From Laetmonice hystrix (Eukaryota), in assembly GCA_965235115.1 (NCBI GenBank), contig OZ249436.1:15500001-15564000 (forward strand): a stretch of DNA of 64,000 nucleotides, in the 5' to 3' direction. The position numbers were made by a program, and so were the translations under genes. The notes beneath the pieces are model-generated. The model was given only the letters and a program-made list of their open reading frames with translations, was not told where the DNA came from and did no database searches. Positions 50,655 through 62,600 of this stretch are shown one piece after another. Each line of letters starts with the position of its first letter. Position 1 is the stretch's first letter.

Positions 50655-53600
50655 TCGGTACTGTAGTAAGAGAGAACCAGCCTCAGCCTCGTGACCTGAC
50701 TCCTGAAGCTGGTTAGCGATTGTTTCCACGTTTAGATAGTATGGCATCTCCTGCCCGGGTACTTGTTTGCTGATGACGTAGTTAACGAGGATGGCGTAGT
50801 ATGGAGTCTTAACGAGACGGGCCACCATGTGATTCTGCAGAATCAGGTGGCACAGGTCTTCATCCTCGGTGCCCTGAAAACATAATCTATAATTATACCT
50901 GACTCTAGGATTAGGTCTGGGTGGTCCTGTCAGCTCTTACTAAAGCTAAAGTTGAATTACAATCATCAGCACTGAGACAAATGTCTGTCTCAATAACATA
51001 TGACACTGACATATCGTGTCATAGCCACAAGAATAGTTTGTTTACGTAAACGTTATAGTAAAGCTCTGCTTCAAGACCATGGTTAAATGATCACTTGAGC
51101 AAACCACACAACTTATTATTAGATCTACTTATCTAAACCAGGTGATGCCACTATTTTACTACCAGGCACACCAAGCTAGATGGCTTGCACTTTATAAATA
51201 ACTTATATAAGTTCTTACATTATAGTGACAGATTGTATTATTGAGTCAGTCTTCAAAGATTAATCTCAGCTGATTATAAAAACATGAAGCACCAGATTTT
51301 ACCTGGGTGTGTTTAGCGAGTTCTGCCAAGGCCTCCTCATACAAATCATCATGACTTGATATGAGCACACATTTCACTGCAGCTACAGGGAGCTTGTACT
51401 CAAGCAGGGTCTCAAAAATATATCGGACACTCTGAAACCAGAGAGAAAAACTTGAATACATTACATGTATCTAGAAATATTGTCGTTTTAGTGACAGGCT
51501 CAATTCAAATCGATTTCTTGTTTTTTTCCCCCTATTTTTACTTAGTTACATACACATTGATCTCAGATCTCTTCAACCCTTTGAACAATAGTAGCAAGGC
51601 TCACCTCCTGTGACAGAGGAGTTTTATCTTTCAGGTCCTTCACAATGTTCACAACAGGTGTAGCTGCAGCCTCCCCGCAGGTTGTCACCATGGCCCTGAC
51701 CAACTGACACCATGGCTGACTGCATATATCACTGGGCCACAAAAAAACTTCATATATAATTCAGATACTTCGGATATAATTCCTAATAATATAACTTGTC
51801 AATGCTGAGCATATTTTTATAGTGTGAAATGTCTTTTGCATTTGCTTTGAATTTACGTGTACATGTAAGACGTCTTCTAAACTTTGTAGAAACACTAGAA
51901 GAGATCACTTTCAGATGGTGTAAGAAAATAAAAATACTTAAAAGCATTTCTATAATGTATACCAGTTCTAAAGTAACTTACGTAGTCTGAAAGGTATTCA
52001 GTAGTGGCCAGACATTCAGAAGTTTAGCCAACGCCAAGAACTGTTCAAGACTATGGCTGTCAGTTAGTAGGTCTTCAAACATTTGTTGGCGTCCAGCATC
52101 TGTGGCAACCTGGGACTCGTTCACCTGATTAATATAATTACAGGAGCATTGTGAATTCACTTCTAGCCGGTTCCACACACGTTTACAGCACAATAACTGA
52201 TGTTAGAATGAATTCAGATGATGTCATAATTTCATAAATTTTCAAATTCCTGATTCCTAAGAAAAACATTCCGTTAATAAGATCAGTCACATCTGTCGCA
52301 GAACCCCCTCTCCACATACCATCTCCAAAGCTCAGCCCTGTCTCTCACCTTCTTGCCTGACCACGATGTTGAGACAATTGCACCTGTCCTGTAGAAGATT
52401 AGTAGGACGAGGTCCTCCGCTGTCAGCTCGAAGGTCTGTGAGGGCAGAATGTGAGATTTTACAACAAGTTCATGATACTGCTGCTGGGTTACTGACTCAT
52501 CTTGTGGTCACTGCCTGTCCATAGCAATAAATCTAACTCTGCCAATCTTACGTAGAGTTTGGGTGGTCCTACCTGCTCTAACATCAGTAAGACATCGAGG
52601 TGGCCACAGATATGTCAGCATAGAATGGATTAAATCTAACTCTGCCAATCTTACGTAGAGTTTGGGTGGTCTTACCTGCTCTAACATCAGTAAGACATCG
52701 ATGCGGCCACAGACATGTCAGCATAGAATGGTTTAAATCTAACTCTGCCAATCTTACTTAGAGTTTGGGTGGTCCTACCTGCTCTAACATCAGTAAGACA
52801 TCGAGGCGGCCACAGACATGTCAGCATAGAATGGTTTAAATCTAACTCTGCCAATCTTACGTAGAGTTTGGGTGGTCCTACCTGCTCTAACATCAGTAAG
52901 ACATCGAGGCGGCCACAAACATGTCAGCATAGAATGGTTTAAATCTAACTCTGCCAATCTTACGTAGAGTTTGGGTGGTCCTACCTGCTCTAACATCAGT
53001 AAGACATCGAGGCGGCCACAAACATGTCAGCTAGAATGGTTTAAATCTAACTCTGCCAATCTTACGTAGAGTTTGGACGGTCCTACCTGCTCTAACATCA
53101 GTAAGACATCGAGGCGGCCACAGATATGTCAGCATAGAATGGTTTAAATCTAACTCTGCCAATCTTACGTAGAGTTTGGACGGTCCTACCTGCTCTAACA
53201 TCAGTAAGACATCGAGGCGGGGTTGAACAGCCACAGACATGTCAGCACAGAATGGTCGCAACAACGTCATCACATCATCTGTGGTCACACAGTCCCCCCT
53301 GAAATACAATTCCTATTGTTATTACACACGGACAAATAAATACTATGTTGTTATATTTATATATATTAGCAGCACTGGTCAGAACTTAAGACCTAAAAGA
53401 GCCAGTCATTCAACTCCCAAGCAGGATAACTCCTCTCATCTGACACTTGTTCATAATACATGTACTAAACTTTGCATTATCTCACATTCTGAAGGTAAAA
53501 TTAAGAGTAGCAATACAACTTTACTTCATTCCCAGACCCTCCATCTTGCAGTCCTGCACACAAACACAGGTTAAGCGACACAAATCTCATATACCGGTAC

Positions 53601-56600
53601 ACTTACACCCAGTGACTGGCTGCTGATGTGCTACGCAGTATGCTAAACTGCCATCTAGTGGTAACGTTGGAACTAAATAGTATTCTTCAGAAGAAGAAGC
53701 TGGAGAAATGGCTTAAGTTTAGCAAAATTAAGTAGACATTTGACGTTTGGATTACCAACAAAACCCTGGGTAAACCTAGAACCACAAACTAGCAGACCAG
53801 TGGTAGGAGGTACGTTTTGACTTACCCATCATTTTGATGGTCAAACACAACCTGTGCGATGGCCTGAAGTGTCTTCCTCAAGTCACGACCCTCCAGCAGA
53901 CCAGCAACCTCATTCTCCTCATCTCCTTCGTCACTACAACGGAAACAAGGTACAGTCTCAGAATATTACATTCTTTACCTGGCTCGGCATTCTGATACAA
54001 TGCCCCCAATTTAGAGGGAATTTTATTATTATTATTAGTTAACGCAGTAAAATTTTGTGAGGAATATTTTGCAAAGAATGGGGAATACACCGTTAAAATA
54101 CCTGAGGGCTGACACAATGAGGGCGATGGCCTTTCTAACAGCTGTCCGTGGTGTCCAGTCATCCTTAGGCAGCACGGCCAGGACATCGCTGACAACTCCT
54201 AGATCTTGACCATCCAGCACGACACGTACACAAAGCTCATGGACCTGCAACAGTAGTTTTAAATGTCACCTACTCTGGCTTATGGACCTGCAACAGCAGT
54301 TTTACTGGTACATTTCACCTACTCTGGCTCATGGACCTGCAACAGTAGTTTTACATGTCACCTACTCTGGCTCATGGACCTGCAACAGTAGTTTTACATG
54401 TCACCTACTCTGGCTCATGGACCTGCAACAGTAGTTTTACATGTCACCTACTCTGGCTCGTGGACCTTCAACAGCAGTTTTACATTTCACCTACTCTGGC
54501 TCATGGACCTGCAACAGCAGTTTTACATGTCACCTACTCTGGCTCATGGACCTGCAACAGTAGTTTTCCATTTCACCTACTCTGGTCCATGTTACCAGAA
54601 GGCTGTTTCACCATCAGCGACCATCTGACTGACAATGTCTGTGGCTTGGTATTTGGGCTCAGTATTTATTTGTCTTTCTTTGGGTAGAGCATCTGTCTTT
54701 TAAATGAAGCAATCCCCTGATCTCCAGGGCCCCGTCTTACTAAGCCGGCGATGTCGCCAAATGGGACGTCGCCGGCCCATATAAGGTAATATGTCGCCTG
54801 TTCTGGCGACGTGCCCCATTGCTTTAACGTTGGCGACATTTGACGGGCGATGTCGCCGGCTTAGTAAGACGGGCCCCAGACACCAAAGCATGGTGACTAA
54901 AATATGACCTGCCCAGACATTATGGCCTTGTTTAATGTAACATTTCACCACAAACCATGTTAAAGGATACATGACATTTCTGACCAAACCTTCAAAACAA
55001 ATCTCTTTATGAATCCTTGCAACTTTTCAAAATGTTCATAATCACCTTGTCTAGTTCTGATCTGGAGAGATCAAAAAGTCGAGCATATTTCCTGAGTTGT
55101 TGGTCCTCAGCTTGGCGGAGTTCCACAATGGTCGGATCCTGAAGCCTTTCTAGGTGAGCCAATGACTGCTGCATGTGGCTCAACACATCTTCCCAGGACA
55201 ACTCACTTCTGAAGCACACGCAGATCTCAGTTATGTGAGATGGAAGTCTCCTATTGCGGCCACTTCAGAAAGTAGTATTGTGAACTGAGACTGAGCAATA
55301 CCGTTAGAATAATTTATTATGTACGACAAAATGCTAGTTGAGAAATCAGAAAAACTTAGCTTACCCTGCACTAGTCGCAGCCTCCTGGCCCTTTTTCTTC
55401 TTCTTCCCAATAACCTGTTTACTAAACTTAATGGCCCTCCTCACGATCTCCTGACGACACTCGACATCCAGCTGAGACATGCACAGAAACAAAATGGGTG
55501 TTAGTTAAGTGTTCACTAAAGAAGTATTAAATCCTAAACACTCCTGAACCCTAACTTTGTATGTCATATAGATTTATACAAGGTTGATTCTCAAGTAATT
55601 CTTTTAAAAGCATTGAAGAAAATTTAGAAACAAGGCGTCCTATCCGAATGTTCAGAACAAATACAGGCTGCACTGCTGTAATAAGGAGACTGTAGTCTGT
55701 GACTGACAATTCACACATTACCATATCAAGAGCCTGAGGTACAAAGGTGATGGCATCAATGAACTGTATGACATCATCCGGAACCAGCTTCTGGAGGTAT
55801 TCTCCACACGACTCGTAGCGATGGACCCACTCTGCCTGCAGGTCACCATATCACACTCACTTAGCATCATACATTGCTTGCGAAACGGATTGAACACATC
55901 TGAATGTGACTTTAAAACTGATCACATGCACTTTCACAGGAAATAATAATAATTAAGTGCAGAAAACTGGAAAATGAGGTCTCAATATAATTTGAAAACA
56001 CTTTGCCTGCATCCACTTAGAAGTCTGATTTAAAAAGATTACAGTAGTAATTTCCTTACCTTTGTCTTTGGTGGCTCACCTCCCCTTTTCTCTGTCTCCC
56101 AGAACATCTTGACAGTCCAGGCACAGAAGACGAGACTAGACTGTAGGAACCCACCATGCTGTCACACATAAAGTTCATTAATTAATACCACAACCACACC
56201 TCTGTTTACATGTATATAATACAGAAGGTCAAATTATAGAACAGAAACAAAGGCAGTTTCAAATGGACATTGACTTCTACAGACTTTTCTAATGACTGTG
56301 GTTTGCTACGTAACGTTGCTCAACACCACGAGGAAGACAAAAGCTGGAGAAGTACAGACCTGGTCGGGAATTCTGGGAGCAAGTTTGGCGAGGACCTGTA
56401 CGTTGTCACTCCTCAGGACTGGCCTTATCACATCTAGGGGGCGCTCTTTACCCTCTATCAACTTCTTATAATCCAGACCTAAAACATATGTATTATAATT
56501 TAAAAACAGGGCCCTGGCTACTTGGTCACGAATTTGCCAATGGCGATTAGTTTCTTAAACTGGCGAACAACTTTTCAGAAAGGCCATAGTTTTGGTGAAT

Positions 56601-59600
56601 TGTATATCAAGATCTCTTCCAGCATGGACACATGTTGGCTTCCAGGGGTGAATTTTGGCTAAGGAAACAATGATTTGGCCAATTCACTTGCTAATTAGGT
56701 TTGAAAGATAACTAGGGCCCTGAAAAAGATATACAAAAAGTGCATATCCTACACCTTTGATCATTACATTAGACGTGTGCTGACCTGTTTGCAGCCACTG
56801 GTTCTAATTCTGTAATATATTCTTTTGAATGCACATAACATCACTAATATGATATGCAAAGTGATGAAGAGTTGTTATGAACCCAAAAAGTAAATCTAGG
56901 TCATGAAGTCTAACCTCTAGCGGCATTTTTGATCTTCCTCAGAATTTTCACATGAGTTTCTGGCGTGATAGCGGGACTCTCCTGGTAGGTTGATGGGGGG
57001 CACTCCTGCAGCAGGCTATAGTAGTACATGAGACGGCCGTGGTTGCATCCCTCCAAGATGGGATAAACGTACTGCATCATGCGTGACACAAACTCCTCAG
57101 GTTGTTTACTGAGAGCATGTAACAAGCCTTGCTTGGTAACTCGGTCCTCTATTTCTGCCGTACTGAGGCTGTGTATGAACAAAGTAACACAAATTGTGAC
57201 CATACTGACATCTTTTATTTTGATGAACTAGCTAATCATGAATATATCAGTCATGGAGTTTTATTTACAGGCATCAATCCTACAAAATACAACTCTCCTA
57301 TTATTATGAAAAGACTGGACAAAGACAGACTAGTCTGTATCATATTTGAGAAGCTTTTGCAGACCTGACAAATGAAAATATTTCTTTATGAGAAGACAAA
57401 ATTTCCTACTTACCTACTCTCAAATAGGAACTCCAAGTGTGTCATATAAACATCCCACAAAGAAAGATTGTAGCGATTGGCCAGAGACACTGCAATCTCA
57501 TACACTGGCTGCTCTAGGGTCCTGGCAGGAACAAACATGACGGGAACTGAATGTGCATTTTCTACTGCCAAAATTATTCTGTAAAATATCTAATACAAAT
57601 GTATTTTATACAACAATATGTATGTAATAAAATAAATTTATGTTTGCTTTGAGAGAATTCCTTGCCTTTATTAATGGGGATACCAATGGAAAAAACTTAC
57701 ATGGCTAGTCCGAGTATTGTCTCACGCTTATAGTCCTTGTCCAGAGTAAAACGAGCCACATCAACACCTAGAATAGCAATATAGAATTCATGAGGCAAAC
57801 TGAATCAGCAGACTTACGAGAACCTGCATGCTAAACTTACATGAAAACATTTCTGTTCCATCTCAAGTTGTTCAGAATGGACTGCGGAAAAAGCTGACTA
57901 ATGTCAACAAGGTGATCCACAAGGAGAATCTGCTGAATAATGTAACACTCAAGGATGTACATGTATACGACTATACGGTAACAACTTGACATCCAACCTT
58001 TCCCAAGGCCTTGAAGAACCTGGGCTTGTGTGAAGTCAGTCATTAACTCATGGTAGTGTTTCATCCTATCTACTAATTCTGCAATGCCATCTGGCCAATT
58101 CGACTGCTCCGTTTCTGTGACGTAGTCTATGACAGCCTGGATGACCTTTGTGGGGTCATGCTGGTAGACAGTGCCAGGCGCAGACCCTGTTGTAGGGTGG
58201 AGTTGGGTGTAGATCTGCAGGCTGTAGAAGTAGGTGGCAAGCTGCAGACTTACCGCTGTCCTGGGTAGTTTACTCAAACACATCTCAGCATCCAGTGGCT
58301 ATACAAAGTATAATAGACACAAGATGTAAACTGTTCTATTGAGTGATTGAGTAAGGTATAATTTAGATACAATCTAAATACAAATGTAGTTTCATAATGG
58401 ATAGCCATATACAGGGGCGTATGTTTTTATGATAAACAATAACAATTATATTGATATGTTAGGTATCCACCTGATCCATTGTATGATGAAGTTAAGACCA
58501 CCCCACCATGTCCATCAAGTCAAGGTTCTTTACCTTGGAGAGAGCCAAGAGGTAAGCCAGGCCCAGGGCCGCATCCTGAGCAATGACATCCTGTGCCAAC
58601 TGTAGCAACACTACAACATCACAGAAAATCTGGTGACACTTTGACCATCAGACTTACTAGATCAACAACCAAAGAATCTCACATGAGGGCAGGCTGTCTT
58701 AAGTAGACAGCAGATGTAGCAATGAAATCTTTACAAAGTTTTGAGTGTCACAAGTCAGATCAAGTATTATGGCCGTCGTCTCTGTGAGGTACAAAATGTA
58801 GTTACTGATGTACAGACATACCCTCATCAGCAGGGTGACTGGTCGCACCCTCTGTCAGGGTCTCGTCCAGTTTACCCATGCGAAGGACCCCCTCACTGAA
58901 GAGCATCCCATTGACAGTGTCTGGCTTAAGGCGCAGGTTCTTGTAGTCTGCTTCACTCTGTCAGAGAGAGGTTGCTGGTACATGTATATGCCTTTCATGA
59001 TCCTCGGACAGAATGTAAACAATGTGGACAGGAGGAGAGTATCCAGTATCAGCAATTATAAAATTGTGAATCAGGAACAAAATAATAGGATGCAAAATCT
59101 TCAGAAACAGACACAGGTCTGCTGTGATAGTTTGTCTTAAAATCTCAAATATTATCTTACTACAACCCATTTCTCTGTAAGGGTAAAAAACTGTAAAAAC
59201 CTCGCTATCTTTTTTATCCTTGTTAATGTCCTTAAAACTGACCACTTGTCAAGCAAGTAAATTGTTTAATCTAGTAGACATGCTGGTACTCACGATATTA
59301 CTGTAAGCGTTCTCTATAAGTGAAGCATAGAAAGGGTTGCAGCCCTGTTTCTCCATTTTTACATTCCTGTCATCCCATTCCTCGCTATAATTGGCTTGTC
59401 GTAACGGATGAAGATTTTTTAATGTTTTCTGCCACCATTTCTTGTCACTAACGGCTGACAGCATGGTTTTTGTTGTCTGAGTTGTAGATGTTAGGATTTC
59501 TTTGGTTTGTTTAATGGCCCCCTGTGTGGAGAAAGGACTCGTCTCCCGGCTTGGACTGGTGCTGTCTCGATCCCCCTTTCGTAAGCGTTCGTATAACAGC

Positions 59601-62600
59601 TGTTGGAGAAAAACACTTCCAATGAAGGTTCAGAACAACTTGGTGGTTCACATGAATTAGACACAATTTCTTATTCTTTTTGGTGGAAATATGGAATATG
59701 GCATCATAAAAATGTATTAATTTTAGGATTTCTAGTCATGTGCAATTGCTGTGAGTCTCCATATTGCCATCCTACCTGAGTCTCGAGGAGACATTTGGCC
59801 CTCAGAATGGGTTCAATCATTTCTGGTGTGCAGTGGGTCACCGAGAAGGAGAGTAACTCGGCCCTGAAATATGGACAACTACCTTAATACACTCACTCAC
59901 AACATGATTACAGAGCAACCTTTTACCCTAACTTTCCTTCCATAATCACCTGTTATCTCCACATAAGCACACACCGATACGAAATACACCATAAATGCCA
60001 AATTACCAATTATATGATAAACTCAAACAAAACAGATGTAACACATCTATGATCAATCTAAAAAAATCTCATATTAAAAGTAAATAATAAACCCTTTCAA
60101 GCACTGGCAAATATTACTGGCCACCATTCGAAAATGTCAGCTACTAGCACTAAATTGTACATACTTGGCTTTAATGTCCTGAAAATCCTCTAGCTGTGCA
60201 AGGGCCTTACATTCTTCCCAGATGGGTGCATAGCCAGTCTTCATCAGGCGAACACAAGTGTCGTGAGCCACGCCCTGGTCTTTGGCCTGTATTACAATAA
60301 TCGTATTAAAAACTCTCATTCATGTACATTTCCTTTCACCTCCATCTATAGCATATATATTTTCAGAACAAAAAATGAAGAAAATGTTTCTGTTAAAATT
60401 CTGTTCATAGATACCTTTAATGCTGTTTGAGCTACCAGTTTCAGAACTCGTCCCTCTCTCTCCATATCATTACTGCCACTGATCCGCAACAGTCGAGCTA
60501 GGCGCAGGAGCTGTGGGAACCACATGAGTAAACAAATTTATTTCAAAATCTAGTAATTAATAAACTTTATAAAAAGAGATCTTTCAATGACTGCAGAGAC
60601 AGATACTAACTAACTGTGGCTGTGCATTCAGGGTTTCTTGCCAACAGGTATCTTTTTATCTTTTCGACACAGTTGGCTATGATACAAAAATTAGACCACA
60701 ACAAATAGCTACAGTATTAGTCATTCAAACACTGTCCTTACCATACCCCCAACCCCTAGAACACCTCTAGCTAACACCACCTGGGATTTGTGTGTTCTTT
60801 TTCCTAAGTAAGGCAATTCAATTAAAAACAAGCAGCAATTTTTCTTAATAATAAAAAACAAACCTAAATATCAGAGATACCCAACACTTTAGAACCTAGC
60901 AGCACACATAGTAAATGTACCAAATCTTCAGTCTCTCCTGCACACTTTGTTAGTGTGCAAACAATTTCTTGTATGCTTCATATAAACAAGTTCCAAGCAG
61001 GATGAGTGGATGGTAAGGATGGGCAAGGATGAGCTGACAAAGCCAAAGAGTAAGAAAATCACAAGCTAGCAGGAACTACATACAGATTTTCTGCTGTCTT
61101 CTTCCTAACCAGGAAGTACAAAGGTCACAATACAGGTATCTGAACGTGAATTTGGTATTTATCTGAATGTTCTTAAATTTCTGAAAATGCAGGTTTTTGC
61201 AGATACGGTTACTGACCTAAAAACACTTAATTTTTGTCTGAATCTATTTCTCAAATTTCTTGAGGTTGTTAGGTTGGAATAGGATTGCATGGAGGAACTG
61301 GTCATGATTGAAATAGAGAAACTGTTTCCTCTGTGTACTTACCCTCTGTGAGTTCTTGTATGTGAAGGGTTTAACTTGGATAGCCTTCTCAACAAGCTCA
61401 AGACGATCGTTGCACATTCTCACTGGGGTCAAACAGAAAGAGTAGGGTCATTCTGCATTTCTAATAAAATTATAATGTTATTCTATCGCAAGAAAATCTA
61501 ACACCATAATGTCAATATAAAGTAATAATCCCTTGTAGACAAAATCTCCACACCTTTCCTAAACTAACACATAATTTTAGGATAAGGCATGGTACCTTTG
61601 GGAGAACAGATCCAATTTTGTTCAACTCATTTGAGACAGTAGCCTTAAAACAGCCCCATACCTTGTAGAGGCAGCATGGAGGCGCCGAAACCATCCAGCA
61701 GAGCCAGTGATTCTATGAGGTCCAGCTCCTCTGTTACTGAGCGAGGTTGGTCTGTGACCAAGTGGAGGCACTGTCTGCAAACAGACAACACACGTTATAC
61801 TTCCTCTAGATCCCACAGGAGGCGCTGCAGGCACAGCTCCAGTTGGCAGTAGATAAAGATTTTTTTCTCCAGAATTCAAGCAATATCCCTGGTTACTATG
61901 GGCTAATGATTATCTCAAATCAATGTGCAAATATCTCAATCAGACACAAACAAAATGAGATAAAACAAAATGAGAACACGATAACAGCACCTTGCCAGAT
62001 CCATGCAGGGATCAGTGAGTGAGGCTGACGAATTGAAGTACTCCTGGGAAGACGACAGTACCAGCTCCAAGGCCCTTGGGTACGCCACCTTGTGGAGGAG
62101 TGGTGCATCATCGCGGTCTCCGGCAGGATAGTCTGGTTCACTGGCCTCGGCAGCACTGCGTTCAATCATTTGGCCAGCTAGCCTAATGTTCTCAGGTCGA
62201 CTTGAACAAAGCAGGCTTTCAACGAAAATCTGACCAGTGGAAGAAAAGGGAGAACTGACATGGATGTTCTAGTTTCTACTTGTTCAGGGGACACAAGGAA
62301 CTCAGTGTTCTGTAACTTCTGGATACAATAAAATGACATTGTACTTGCCTCGTAACAGACACTGGGCTCCACACAGCGGTAGGCTTTGTTTCTGAGGGTC
62401 AGCATGTCCATCAACAACTTTTTCCATTGGAGTTCAGTCAAGGGAGGACTCCTGTAATACAGTAGCTCAAATATAGACCTGTCAGTAAAACTACCATCAA
62501 CTACCCACCAGTGTTTGTACATCTCTACATCATATTTCTATTCATATTTGTCTATGAAACTTATTTAGAGTAAATTGGATGTCTTTGGGGGAAAGTATAT

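Noticed and set aside
59522-59599. Apparent tiny intron (ctccacacag acceptor-like site) within NBAS
   Set aside because: The frame runs continuously from LLYERL to GAIKQ, so it is one 306-nt exon.
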